In this document: one piece after another, positions 9,039 through 18,072 of the stretch | How positions within the stretch are numbered: the first letter of the stretch is position 1 | Layout: every line of letters begins with the position of its first letter | Virus record (IMG/VR): IMGVR_UViG_3300038379_000329 | Span: 1 to 47,175 of that record | Strand: one strand, 5' to 3' | DNA length: 47,175 nt | Origin: a virus | Taxonomy: Duplodnaviria; Caudoviricetes | Notes under the pieces: generated by a model | The model's database searches: none | What the model was told of the DNA's origin: nothing | Seen by the model: only the letters and a program-made list of their open reading frames with translations | Translations under genes and position numbers: made by a program

Positions 9039-9773
9039 ATGGCCCTGTTCGATGACCTGACGGACGAGCAGCGCCAGCGCAGCGCCAGCGACCGCCTCCC
9101 CACCTGCTACAAGCCGGCGGACGGCACGCGCGTCGGGCACGGGCAGTGGCCGCCCGGCCTGCTCTGCGACGCGCAGATCCGGCACCTCGCGGAGTGCCAC
9201 GGCATGATCGAGCCCTTCGAGCCGCAGGCCGTGCGGCGCAAGGGCGGCCTGTCCTCGGCGGAGGCCATCGTGGACGGTCCGAAGCACCGCGTGGTGAGCT
9301 ACGGCACCACGAGCTACGGGTACGACCTCCGCGTGGCGGACGAGTTCAAGGTGTTCACGAACGCCCATTGCGCCATCGTGGACCCGAAGGAGATGGACCA
9401 GCGGGCGTTCGTGGACGTGAAGGGCGAGGGCGAGGTGCTCATCCCGCCCAACAGCTTCGTGCTGGCGCGCTCGCTGGAGCGGTTCAAGATCCCGCGCGAC
9501 GTGCTCGCCATCGTCCTCGGCAAGTCCACGTACGCGCGCTGCGGTCTCGTGGTGAACTGCACGCCGCTGGAGCCCGAGTGGTGCGGCTACCTCACCATCG
9601 AGATTAGCAACACCACGCCGCTGCCCGCGCGCGTCTACGCGAACGAGGGCATCGCGCAGGTGTTGTTCTTCAAGGCGTCGGTGCCGTGCGCTACGAGCTA
9701 CGCCGAGAAGAACGCCGGCCAGCCCGGCAAGTACCAGGACCAGCCCGCGTCGATCATCACCCCGAGGATGTGA
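9039..9773 (+). CDS. dcd: dCTP deaminase
   Basis: [65 protein letters not shown]. Confidence 0.96.
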   Translation: MALFDDLTDEQRQRSASDRLPTCYKPADGTRVGHGQWPPGLLCDAQIRHLAECHGMIEPFEPQAVRRKGGLSSAEAIVDGPKHRVVSYGTTSYGYDLRVADEFKVFTNAHCAIVDPKEMDQRAFVDVKGEGEVLIPPNSFVLARSLERFKIPRDVLAIVLGKSTYARCGLVVNCTPLEPEWCGYLTIEISNTTPLPARVYANEGIAQVLFFKASVPCATSYAEKNAGQPGKYQDQPASIITPRM

Positions 9774-9783
9774 GGAGGGAATC

Positions 9784-10113
9784 GTGGCGAAGAAGAACGT
9801 GAAGATGAACCCGCTTCCAGACGAGTCGGCGCGAATCGCGGCGGTGCTGCGCAGCTTGGAAGTGGCGCAGGGCTGGATGCTGTCGCGCCAAGCGGGCAGC
9901 GAGCCCGAGTGTCTGTGCGAAGCGGACGACCTCATCCCGCATGGCGACGGCCCGTGCAATCGGTGCGAACAGGCGATTTTCGCGTGGGACGCTCTCAAGC
10001 TCGCCGTCGCGACGATGCGTCCGATGGTCCGCAAGCGGTGGGCGGGAGAGGTGGAGTCGTCGGAGACTCGTCGCCTCGCGGCGGACTTCGTGGCGGCGCA
10101 GGAGGCGAAGTAG
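9784..10113 (+). CDS. Hypothetical protein
   Basis: GAGGAGG SD, GTG; CLC..H..CNRC. Confidence 0.65.
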   Translation: MAKKNVKMNPLPDESARIAAVLRSLEVAQGWMLSRQAGSEPECLCEADDLIPHGDGPCNRCEQAIFAWDALKLAVATMRPMVRKRWAGEVESSETRRLAADFVAAQEAK

Positions 10114-10662
10114 ATGCACACGGAGCACTGTTGCCATGTCGGCGCGCAGACGCGCGGTGACCACCACACCGAGCATTGCCACAACACGCGGAAGCTGATG
10201 AACCTCGTCGGCCTTCTGGGCGACCAGACCTTCAAGGGCACGTCGCGGATGCGGAAGTTCGTCATCACCGACCCGAGCGGGAGCCCGTACCTCACCCGCT
10301 ACGTGGTGGAGGAGTTCCCCGACGGCTCTGGGATCTACCTTCACTTCATCCACCGCTCCGACAGCGACCGCGAGTTCCACGACCACCCGTGGGACTTCCG
10401 CTCGTTCATCGTGCGCGGCGGGTACATCGAGCACACGCCCGAGGGCTCGCGCGAGTTCTACCCTGGCAGTTGGAACGTGCGGCAGGCGGAGCAGCTTCAC
10501 CGGCTGGAGTTGTTCTGCCCCGAGGACACCATCACCATCCTGTTCCGCGGGCCGAAGCGGCGGGAGTGGGGCTTCAAGGCCATCGGCGGTGAGTGGACGC
10601 ACAACGAAGCGTACCTCGACGCCAAGTTCGGCAAGGGGAATTGGAACAAGGAGTACGAGTAG
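10114..10662 (+). CDS. Phage cupin-fold (double-stranded beta-helix) protein
   Basis: YLTRY..IYLHFIHRSD.DR.FHDHPW.F.S.I..GGY.E..HRLEL..TI..RGPK.REWGF. Confidence 0.75.
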   Translation: MHTEHCCHVGAQTRGDHHTEHCHNTRKLMNLVGLLGDQTFKGTSRMRKFVITDPSGSPYLTRYVVEEFPDGSGIYLHFIHRSDSDREFHDHPWDFRSFIVRGGYIEHTPEGSREFYPGSWNVRQAEQLHRLELFCPEDTITILFRGPKRREWGFKAIGGEWTHNEAYLDAKFGKGNWNKEYE

Positions 10663-10665
10663 GCC

Positions 10666-12996
10666 ATGAAGCCGCAGGCGCTCAAGCTCACGCAGGATCA
10701 GCAGAACGTCATCGCCTGGCTCAACGCCGGCCACAACGTGTTCCTCACGGGCGTGGCTGGGACCGGCAAGACGGCGTGCCTGAACGCCTGGCTCGACCAG
10801 CTTCCGAAGGGGAAGAACGTCGCCATCACGGCGAGCACCGGCATCGCCGCGACGCACATCGGCGGAGGCACGCTGCACTCGTGGCTCGGGGCCACGCCCG
10901 AGCGCGACACGATGACCAGGCTGTGCAACGCGACCTGGGCGAAGCAGCACGGGCCGCGCCTGCGCGGCATCCACGCGCTGGTCATCGATGAGGTGAGCAT
11001 GGTGGACGCCGCCCTGTTCACGCTGGCCGAGGGCGCGCACCGCTCGGCGCGCCGCGACTCCGCCCGGCCGTGGGGCGGGGTCCAGGTGGTCCTCGTGGGC
11101 GACCTCGGGCAGCTTCCGCCCGTCGAGGCGGAGGAGAAGGGCTGGTGCTTCCAGTCGCCGGCGTGGGCCGAGTCGAACATCCAGGTGCTCGAACTCACGC
11201 AGGTGATGCGGCAAGGCGATCAGCGGTTCGCGGACATCCTCCGGCGCATCCGCGTGGGGTGGGTCGATGACGAGGTGCTGAACGTGCTCGCCTCGCGGCG
11301 CGCGGCCTTCGACCCGGACAGCCCCGGCACCGTGCGCCTCTACTCGCACAACCGGCAGGCCGATGAGGTGAACGAGGCCAAGCTCGCCCAGGTACCTGGC
11401 GAGGCGGTGGAGTTCCGGGCGCAGGACACCGGGAAGGAGCCGCACATCTCCCATCTGCGGAAGTCGTGCCTCGCCCCCGAGGTGCTCCGGCTCAAGGTGG
11501 GCGCGCGGGTCATGTTCGTGAAGAACGACATGGACGGCCGATGGGTCAACGGTTCGATGGGCGAGGTGGTGGACCTCGACGGCGGCGTCACGGTCAAGCT
11601 CAACTCGGGCACGGCGGTCCAGGTGGACCCCGTGACGTGGGGCAAGAAGCAGTGGGAGGACGAGAACACGCTGCGCTCGGTCGCCTCGCGCACGCAGTAC
11701 CCCCTCCGGCTCGCGTGGGCCATCACGATCCACAAGTGCGTCCACCCGGACACACTCGTGACGACTGAGGAGGGCCTCATCCCGCTTGGGGAGGCGGCTG
11801 AGTGCGGGCGTATCGCTACGCTGTCCGGGATGCAGAAGTACTCGAACTACGTGCGCAACCCGGTCCGCTCCGGCCTGCGCATCACCACTCGGCGCGGTTT
11901 CGAGCTTGCCGTCACGCCGGAGCACGGCCTGACGGCGTCCAAGGATGATGGTATGTTCACGCGCGTCAACGCGGAGGCGTTGGTCGTGGGGGATCGTCTG
12001 CGCTTGGTGCGGGGCATGTCCTACGGCGGCGTGAAGAACTTGACGCTGCCTCCCGCGACGGAGACGAGGGACACGCGCCGCGTGCCGTTCCGCGTTCCCG
12101 AGAAGATGTCCGCCGAGTTGGCGGAGTTTCTTGGGCTCATGGTCGCGGACGGGACGCTCTACAGTCGCGGCTTCCGTCTCGCGAAGCGTCATGCTGATGT
12201 GGTCGCGCGGTTCGCGAAACTCGGTGGCGCTCTCTTTGGGTTGCGCCCGAAGCTCTCGCAGCCGAAGCGGACCAGGGCCGACTTCGCGGAGTTCAACTCG
12301 ACGCCGGTAGCGGACTGGCTGCGCGCGATTGGTGGCATGGCTCCAAACGCCAAGGCCGTTCCAAGCGTCGTGCTGCGCAGCCCTGAGGCGATTCAGCGCG
12401 CGTTTCTGCGCGGGCTGTTCGAGGACGGCTCGGTTCACGTCAAGCGCGAGAACTTCTCACACATCGAGTGGTCCACGGCGTTCAAGCGCATGAGCTACGT
12501 CGTGCAGGTCATGTTGTTGCACCTCGGGATCCTCTCCTCGCGCCGCCGCATCACTCGTGTGATGCGCGGTGAGGAGCGGAGTTCGTGGCGGCTTTGGATC
12601 TACGGGGCGGACGCGCGCGCCTTCATTCGTCGGATCGGGTTCGTGTCGAGCTTCAAGATGTGTCGTGCGCAGTATGCGCTCGACGTGGACGCGAGCGACG
12701 ACATGGAGCAACTCGTCCCGGACAAGATTGTGTCCATCGAGCGGATCGAGATGCCGTCGGTGTGTGTCACGGTCCCTTACGCCGGTCGATTCATCCAGGA
12801 CGGCTTCGACGGGTTCAACTCGCAGGGCATGACCATCGACCGGGTGAGCATGAACCTGGCGGACGTGTTCGCGCCGGGCCAGGCGTACGTGGCGCTCTCG
12901 CGCTGCCGCAGCCTGGAGGGCGTCAACATCGAGGACTGGCGTGGGGCGGAGTCGATCATCGCTCACCCCATGCTCAGGCAGACTGTGAGGGCGTAG
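10666..12996 (+). CDS. PIF1/RecD-like SF1B helicase containing an intein
   Basis: FLTGVAGTGKT, ASTGIAA, TLHSWLG, IDEVSM, GDLGQLPPV, QVMRQ, QYPLRLAWAITIHK|SQGMT, GQAYVALSR. Confidence 0.93.
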   Translation: MKPQALKLTQDQQNVIAWLNAGHNVFLTGVAGTGKTACLNAWLDQLPKGKNVAITASTGIAATHIGGGTLHSWLGATPERDTMTRLCNATWAKQHGPRLRGIHALVIDEVSMVDAALFTLAEGAHRSARRDSARPWGGVQVVLVGDLGQLPPVEAEEKGWCFQSPAWAESNIQVLELTQVMRQGDQRFADILRRIRVGWVDDEVLNVLASRRAAFDPDSPGTVRLYSHNRQADEVNEAKLAQVPGEAVEFRAQDTGKEPHISHLRKSCLAPEVLRLKVGARVMFVKNDMDGRWVNGSMGEVVDLDGGVTVKLNSGTAVQVDPVTWGKKQWEDENTLRSVASRTQYPLRLAWAITIHKCVHPDTLVTTEEGLIPLGEAAECGRIATLSGMQKYSNYVRNPVRSGLRITTRRGFELAVTPEHGLTASKDDGMFTRVNAEALVVGDRLRLVRGMSYGGVKNLTLPPATETRDTRRVPFRVPEKMSAELAEFLGLMVADGTLYSRGFRLAKRHADVVARFAKLGGALFGLRPKLSQPKRTRADFAEFNSTPVADWLRAIGGMAPNAKAVPSVVLRSPEAIQRAFLRGLFEDGSVHVKRENFSHIEWSTAFKRMSYVVQVMLLHLGILSSRRRITRVMRGEERSSWRLWIYGADARAFIRRIGFVSSFKMCRAQYALDVDASDDMEQLVPDKIVSIERIEMPSVCVTVPYAGRFIQDGFDGFNSQGMTIDRVSMNLADVFAPGQAYVALSRCRSLEGVNIEDWRGAESIIAHPMLRQTVRA
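11737..12819 (+). mobile_element. Intein with LAGLIDADG homing endonuclease (361 aa) in the helicase
   Basis: Splits the conserved TIHK-SQG motif; begins CVHPDT, block B TPEH, LAEFLGLMVADG and FLRGLFEDG, ends GFN followed by Ser. Confidence 0.92.
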
Positions 12997-13274
12997 TGGC
13001 GAAGGCGAAGAAGGCGAAGCCCAAGACCGTGAAGGCCGTCATCTACGTGGCCGTGCTCGCCAGCGGCGAGTACAACGCCGCGGGCTGGGGCCACGGCAAG
13101 AAGCTCGGCAAGCCTACCGAGAGCGACTGCAACGACATGATGAGCACCGCCGTCGAGGGCCTGCACGGGCCCGGCGGCTACCACTTCGTGCGCGTCGAGG
13201 TGGACCTCCCCGTGCCGGACGAGGTGGTGGAGGCCAAGGGCAAGGTGGCCGGCGTGGAGCCGGGCGAACCGTGA
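12996..13274 (+). CDS. Hypothetical protein
   Basis: TAGTG coupling to the helicase stop; typical codon usage. Confidence 0.7.
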   Translation: MAKAKKAKPKTVKAVIYVAVLASGEYNAAGWGHGKKLGKPTESDCNDMMSTAVEGLHGPGGYHFVRVEVDLPVPDEVVEAKGKVAGVEPGEP

Positions 13275-13765
13275 TCGACTACAGCAAGCTCATGGGAGGA
13301 CCGGATGGCGACGCAGCGGGAGACGGACCTGGCCTCGGTGGAGGAAGCGAACAACATCGAGGAGGGCCTGAGCGATTGGGAGGTGGAGTTCATCGAGAGC
13401 CTGAACAAGTGGCTCAAGGGGAACGACACGCTGACGCCGAAGCAGCGGGCGAAGCTGGAGAGCATCCTGACGGCGAAGGGCTGACCTACGACCCGCTCGC
13501 GGACGCCCCGGCGCCCGACCCGGCCGGCGTCTGGGAGCGGCTCGCGGTCCTGGAGCAGCAGGTGGCACACCAGCGCACGATCATGGCGGCCCTGCGCGCG
13601 GCGCTCCGGCCGGCGCTCGCGCTCATCGAGCGCAGCGCCGACCAGGGCACGCTCCTGGCCCTGCCCTGGTACCGCCAGGGCAAGCAGGCGCTCAACGCGC
13701 GCCTGGACGACGCGGCGGACGACTACCCGCCGTGCAAGCACTGCGGGCTCGTCGGGGGGCACTGA
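13271..13765 (+). CDS. Hypothetical protein; only 13481-13765 looks protein-like (start uncertain)
   Basis: GTGA coupling at 13271; the middle part overlaps the gene at 13305; the 3' part is coiled-coil plus CKHC..H. Confidence 0.5.
   Translation: MIDYSKLMGGPDGDAAGDGPGLGGGSEQHRGGPERLGGGVHREPEQVAQGERHADAEAAGEAGEHPDGEGLTYDPLADAPAPDPAGVWERLAVLEQQVAHQRTIMAALRAALRPALALIERSADQGTLLALPWYRQGKQALNARLDDAADDYPPCKHCGLVGGH
13305..13484 (+). CDS. 59-aa helical phage protein (absent from ORF track)
   Basis: GGAGGA SD, ATG 13305; MATQRETDLASVEEANNIEEGLSDWEVEFIESLNKWLKGNDTLTPKQRAKLESILTAKG. Confidence 0.75.
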   Translation: MATQRETDLASVEEANNIEEGLSDWEVEFIESLNKWLKGNDTLTPKQRAKLESILTAKG

Positions 13766-13768
13766 CCG

Positions 13769-14116
13769 ATGGCGAGCGAGGACTACTACGCGCGCAAGCT
13801 CGCGCAGCGGCAACGGCTCCGCGCGCAGGCCGAGGCCGAGTCGATCCCGCCCCCGCCTCCCGAGGAGCCCGCGCCGCCCCTGCGCAAGAAGAAGCTCATC
13901 AAGAAGAAGGCGGCCCGCCGGCAGATCGTTGACGAGTCGTTGACAGCACCCGAGCCGGTCGTTGACGAGTCGTTGACGGACGAGGACGAGGAGCCCGAGG
14001 CGCCGCGCAAGGGCGTGGGCGACGACCTCGACGCGGAGACGCGCGAGGCCATCGAGTGGTACATGGAGCAACGCTACCCGGGGTGGAAGGCGCGCCAGCA
14101 GGAGAAGGACAAGTGA
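13769..14116 (+). CDS. Hypothetical low-complexity protein
   Basis: ATG 13769; Pro, Lys and acidic tracts. Confidence 0.65.
   Translation: MASEDYYARKLAQRQRLRAQAEAESIPPPPPEEPAPPLRKKKLIKKKAARRQIVDESLTAPEPVVDESLTDEDEEPEAPRKGVGDDLDAETREAIEWYMEQRYPGWKARQQEKDK
13926..13977 (+). repeat. Four TCGTTGAC boxes (19-bp direct repeat, two copies)
   Basis: TCGTTGAC at 13926, 13937, 13959 and 13970. Confidence 0.8.
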
Positions 14117-14649
14117 TGAGCTTCGACATGATCCCGACGCCGAAGCTCCCCGAGCCCGCCGGCAACCCGCCCCTCGACCCGACGGTGAAGGCGAAGCTCC
14201 GCCGCGACGCCGGCGACGAGCAGCAGCTTGCGTGGGACGCGAGCCTCGACCCCGCGGAGATGCTCCGGGCGCTGGCCGTCTACCATCGCGACCCGGCCGT
14301 GCTCCTCCCGCCCGCGAAGATGATCGAAGTGGCCTCGCGCCTGTTCCGCGAGCGCGGGCGCAGCGTGGACCCGCTCATCTGGACGCAGACCATGCGCACC
14401 GCCGCGCTCCAGGTCACGCGCGGGAACTTCGCCGGCGCGTCGCTGTGGCTCCGCCACGCCGTCACCGGCGCGGGGCTCGCGCGCGACCCGGACGCCGCCT
14501 ATCAGATGATGGCGGACATGGTGCGTGAGTTCTTCCCCGAGGCGCCGGGGTCGTTCGGTGCCATCCGCGTGAACGGTCGCGTCTACCCGCCCAGCATCAT
14601 GCAGGCGGAGATGCGCAAGCTGATGATGAAGCGTGAGGAGGAGCGATGA
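14116..14649 (+). CDS. Hypothetical protein
   Basis: GTGATG coupling; AAGGA SD. Confidence 0.7.
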   Translation: MSFDMIPTPKLPEPAGNPPLDPTVKAKLRRDAGDEQQLAWDASLDPAEMLRALAVYHRDPAVLLPPAKMIEVASRLFRERGRSVDPLIWTQTMRTAALQVTRGNFAGASLWLRHAVTGAGLARDPDAAYQMMADMVREFFPEAPGSFGAIRVNGRVYPPSIMQAEMRKLMMKREEER

Positions 14650-15230
14650 GGTTGAGGCTGTCCCCCCAGGCTGCGAAGCAGTTGGGCCGCGCGCCCAAGA
14701 CCGAGGAGGAGCGGAAGGCCGAGGCCGCCGCGAAGGAGAAGGAGCGCGCCGAGCGCGAGGCGCAGGCGCGCCTCGACCGCGAGGAGAAGGAGCGCGCCCG
14801 CGTGCAGATGCGCGAGCGCGTGAAGGCCGAGCGCGCCGAGGCGGACACCGCCGACGCGGCGCTGGCTTGCGCGCTGCACAGCTACCGCGAGACGGAGAAG
14901 GCCATCTCCCCGAAGGAGCGCGAGAAGGCGCGCCTCGCCGCCGAGGAGTCGGTGCGCGCGGTCGCGGCGGCGCAGGAGGCGCTCAAGCGCGCCGAGGCGA
15001 AGCTCGCGGAGGCGGCGGAGGAGCGCGAGCGTGCCCGCGAGGAGCACGCGCGCCTGGAGGCGCTCGCGAATGAGCGGCTCCCCGAGGCGCGGGAGAAGCT
15101 CCGCCAGGCGTGGTACGAGAACGACACGACCTGGAAGCGCATGGCGCCCGCCTACCGGAAGAAGAACCGCGACCGCCCGCTCAAGAACGAGGTGAAGGCG
15201 ATCCTTGGCCTCAAGGGCGGGGAGGACTGA
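14646..15230 (+). CDS. Coiled-coil hypothetical protein
   Basis: E/K/R/A-rich heptads; GAGGAG SD. Confidence 0.7.
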   Translation: MRLRLSPQAAKQLGRAPKTEEERKAEAAAKEKERAEREAQARLDREEKERARVQMRERVKAERAEADTADAALACALHSYRETEKAISPKEREKARLAAEESVRAVAAAQEALKRAEAKLAEAAEERERAREEHARLEALANERLPEAREKLRQAWYENDTTWKRMAPAYRKKNRDRPLKNEVKAILGLKGGED

Positions 15231-15583
15231 TGGGCCGCAAGAGCCGGCTCAAGCGCGAGCGGCGGGAGGAGCGGAAGGCGAACACGCTCCCGCCGTGCTC
15301 CTACCAGCACTGCGCGAACGGGCGCCCGCCCGGCACGCACCTCATCCGCAAGATGCAGGACGACGAGGGCGCGGGCGAGTTCCTCACCTCGTGCGACGAC
15401 TGCCTCGAACCGATGCTGGCCGTGGTCCGCGCCCAGGGCATCGACGCCCAGGTGTTCACCGTCGCTGCGCTGGCGCAGTTGAGCAAGGGGGCGCAGCGTC
15501 GGGCCAAGGGCCGGGGCGTCGCGGTCGCCGTGCGCCAGGGGGAGAGCTTCCAGCAGGTGCCCCCGACCCCTCCCGCTGGATGA
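15230..15583 (+). CDS. Hypothetical Zn-binding protein
   Basis: TGATG coupling; CSYQHC..CDDC. Confidence 0.65.
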   Translation: MGRKSRLKRERREERKANTLPPCSYQHCANGRPPGTHLIRKMQDDEGAGEFLTSCDDCLEPMLAVVRAQGIDAQVFTVAALAQLSKGAQRRAKGRGVAVAVRQGESFQQVPPTPPAG

Positions 15584-15794
15584 GGTAAGCCGCTCGCTCG
15601 ACCTCCGGCCTCGGCTCCAGGGACATCGGCGTTCCTGGGGCCGGGGCCGTCGGCTCGTACGTGACCATCGCGTAGAGCCCGAGCCACACGAGCGCGCACC
15701 ACGCGAGCCCGCACCCCCACCCCCCGCACCCCGCCACGTTCCGGGCCATGCCCCACCCTAGCCGGAGGGCGCCATCAAGGCCGCTTCCCGGGAC

Positions 15795-15823
15795 TTGACG
15801 GTTCGACCTGGGCCTGCCATGCT
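15795..15823 (+). promoter_or_regulatory. Sigma70-type promoter, conserved cassette copy 2
   Basis: TTGACG, 17 bp, CATGCT; hairpin TGTCC-CAAGA-GGACA; GGAGGACAAC-GTG. Confidence 0.75.
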
Positions 15824-15853
15824 GTGGATGTCCCAAGAGGACAGGAGGACAAC

Positions 15854-16645
15854 GTGGCGAAGGGTGAGACGACCTGGACGGTGACCCTGGACAACGGCGA
15901 GACCGCGAAGCGCAAGTCGCCCCGGGCGTACACGCACGCGATCATCGCGGAGACGACCCCGGCCGAGAAGGCGGCCTACATCGCGGACGCCGAGCGCGCC
16001 GTCGAGAAGGCGAAGGCGGTCCTGGCCGAGCGGACCGGGCCGGGCTCGACCGCGAAGGCGAAGGCCGAGTACGAGGCCATCCTGGCGCTCGACGCGTACT
16101 GGCACGCGCAGGTCCAGGACGGCGACCGCACCATCGACCGCTGGCTCACCCTGAGCAAGTACTCGCACGACCTCAAGGACCAGGCCGGCATCGACGCGCA
16201 CTACGCGCGCGTGCGCGAGCACCTCGCGTTCATCCCCGAGGGGCTCGACAGCGACGGCCGGAACATCCGGGCGCTCGTCACCGGCCCGACCCCCACCGTG
16301 CTCGGGCTCAAAGCGGAGGACAGCGACTACCGCGGGAACTGGCGTCAGCGGCGCACGTTCGTGGACGGGCTCGCCATCTCCGGGCTCGTGAGCCGCCAGA
16401 AGTATGACCACCCGGTCCACAAGCTGGCCGACGCGCGCGAGGAACTGGCTCGCGCCGAGCGGCTCCTCCAGGCGGCGCGCGACCTCACGACCGGCCCCGA
16501 GTCGCAGGGCGTCCTCGGGTGGTCGCAGAGCAAGCGCAACGCGGACAACCGCGTCGCGACCGAGAAGGCCCGCCGCCCGCTCGCGCGCATCTTCACGCGC
16601 GAGTCGGTCGCGAAGCCGGTCGCCAGCCGCGCGAAGCGCGGCTAG
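15854..16645 (+). CDS. Hypothetical early protein
   Basis: SD plus GTG 15854; RKSPRAYTHAI...VLGWSQSKRNA motif. Confidence 0.75.
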   Translation: MAKGETTWTVTLDNGETAKRKSPRAYTHAIIAETTPAEKAAYIADAERAVEKAKAVLAERTGPGSTAKAKAEYEAILALDAYWHAQVQDGDRTIDRWLTLSKYSHDLKDQAGIDAHYARVREHLAFIPEGLDSDGRNIRALVTGPTPTVLGLKAEDSDYRGNWRQRRTFVDGLAISGLVSRQKYDHPVHKLADAREELARAERLLQAARDLTTGPESQGVLGWSQSKRNADNRVATEKARRPLARIFTRESVAKPVASRAKRG

Positions 16646-16667
16646 GCTCGGGGCAGAGGGCAGAACG

Positions 16668-16964
16668 ATGAGGCGCTGGAACGACGAGGAGGAGAGCAAG
16701 CTCATGAACACCGAGTGCATCATCTGCAACGGCCCCCTGGTCCCGCTCGGGCAACTCGGGGCCTTCATGCACTACCGCTGCCGGAACTGCGGGCACGACC
16801 AGCACGCCGTGCCCGAGGCGCCGGACGACCCCGAGGAGTGCCCGAGGTGCTTCGGGCCGGCGACGCCCGAGGGCTCGCTCATGATGACCGACCGCCGGTG
16901 CGAGCACGAGTGCCACGGCGACGAGTCCCGTCAGGACGAGGACGCTCCGGCGTCGGGAGGGTAG
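16668..16964 (+). CDS. Double Zn-ribbon microprotein
   Basis: CIIC..LGQLG..CRNCG and CPRC..CEHECH; alternative ATG at 16704. Confidence 0.65.
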   Translation: MRRWNDEEESKLMNTECIICNGPLVPLGQLGAFMHYRCRNCGHDQHAVPEAPDDPEECPRCFGPATPEGSLMMTDRRCEHECHGDESRQDEDAPASGG

Positions 16965-16972
16965 GAGGTACG

Positions 16973-17263
16973 ATGGCAGAGCAGCAGAAGGCCGGTCAGC
17001 ACTACATCACGGTGTTCGACCGGCTCGGCAAGGTGGTGTTCGGGGGCTTCGGGGTGCGCGTGGCCGTGGAGCCCGCTGGCGCGTGCGACTGCACGCACGA
17101 GCCCGACCACCACGACCGCCTGACCGGGGCGTGCCTCTACACGAGCCCGGTCCACGGCCCCTGCCCGTGCGCCGCGACGCCCCCGAGCACGCGCGCGGCG
17201 CTCACCAGCGCGCACCTGGCGCTCAAGCGGGTGCTGGAGTCGCAGGGCCTCCGGCTGCGCTAG
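16973..17263 (+). CDS. Small Cys/His-rich protein
   Basis: AGGAGG SD; CDCTH...H..C..CPC. Confidence 0.7.
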   Translation: MAEQQKAGQHYITVFDRLGKVVFGGFGVRVAVEPAGACDCTHEPDHHDRLTGACLYTSPVHGPCPCAATPPSTRAALTSAHLALKRVLESQGLRLR

Positions 17264-17286
17264 CTCATCCCGCCCTCCCGCATGGA

Positions 17287-17325
17287 CCGTCCTGGCCTTC
17301 CTCGCTACGGTGAGGGCCAGGACGG
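17287..17325 (+). terminator. Hairpin with cUACGg tetraloop (terminator or processing site)
   Basis: CCGTCCTGGCC/GGCCAGGACGG outer stem with an inner stem closing TACG. Confidence 0.45.
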
Positions 17326-17349
17326 CGGCATGTACGGGCCCTTCGATGC

Positions 17350-17409
17350 GCTCTCGTGTAGTGCTGCGACTTCGCTATACTCGGCGGAGGCGCAGCAGCA
17401 CGAGGGAGC
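17350..17409 (+). promoter_or_regulatory. RBS-sequestering hairpin with TATACT in its loop
   Basis: TGCTGCG/CGCAGCA and CTTCGC/GCGGAG stems; TATACT 17376-17381 in the loop; SD GAGGGAG in the 3' arm. Confidence 0.6.
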
Positions 17410-17415
17410 CCGCCC

Positions 17416-17700
17416 ATGTCTGAGTCGTCGCTCATCGAGGAAGCCTTCAAGGGCCTCGTCGCCGCTGGTCCTGTGGCGACCATCCTGGGCATCTTTTGCT
17501 GGGTTCTCTGGAAGCAGAACCAGATGCTCATCAACAAGATCGACAAGCAGAACACCAAGATGCTCAAGCTCGCCGTGCGCGTCCAGCGCGCGGTCGAAGT
17601 GCTCGCCGGCATCGAACATGAGGACACCGAGGTGGACCGCGTGCTCGATGAGGACGAGAAGGCCGAGCGCGAGCGCGAGCGCAAGCACACGGACGACTAG
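17416..17700 (+). CDS. Holin-like membrane protein (BhlA/UviB-like architecture)
   Basis: Single hydrophobic helix GPVATILGIFCWVLW, then coiled coil and a highly charged tail. Confidence 0.5.
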   Translation: MSESSLIEEAFKGLVAAGPVATILGIFCWVLWKQNQMLINKIDKQNTKMLKLAVRVQRAVEVLAGIEHEDTEVDRVLDEDEKAERERERKHTDD

Positions 17701-17712
17701 GGAGGTACGGTC

Positions 17713-18072
17713 ATGAGCGCGATGCCCGAGCCGGCGCCGAAGCCGGCCAGCGAGTCTGATGTGGATGCCGTGCTGGAGAAGATCGACGCCTGCCTCCCGA
17801 AGATCCACAAGCGGGCCGCCGAGGCGGCGAAGAATGGCGACACGCCGACCGACGGGTTCTCGCCGGCCAAGATCAAGCAGACGAAGATGGCTTTCCAGGC
17901 CATGAGCGAGGACAAGCTCCTCTCCGACTCGAACGAGAAGATGCTCGATGAGATGGAGAAGGAAGCCCAACGCGCCGCCGAGGAGCGGCGCAAGGACGAA
18001 GCAGTCGAGCGCCTCTACGGCAAGAAGCCGGAGCCGCAGAAGCGCACGCTGTTCTTCCGCGGGCGCCGCTAG
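17713..18072 (+). CDS. Hypothetical protein
   Basis: GGAGG SD, ATG; converges on the minus-strand block. Confidence 0.65.
   Translation: MSAMPEPAPKPASESDVDAVLEKIDACLPKIHKRAAEAAKNGDTPTDGFSPAKIKQTKMAFQAMSEDKLLSDSNEKMLDEMEKEAQRAAEERRKDEAVERLYGKKPEPQKRTLFFRGRR

Noticed and set aside
15456-15749. Minus-strand membrane-peptide ORF (MARNVAGCGGWGCGLAWCALVWLGLYAMV...)
   Set aside because: Plausible hydrophobic segment, but weak SD and a 128-nt antisense overlap with 15230..15583; not supportable without homology data
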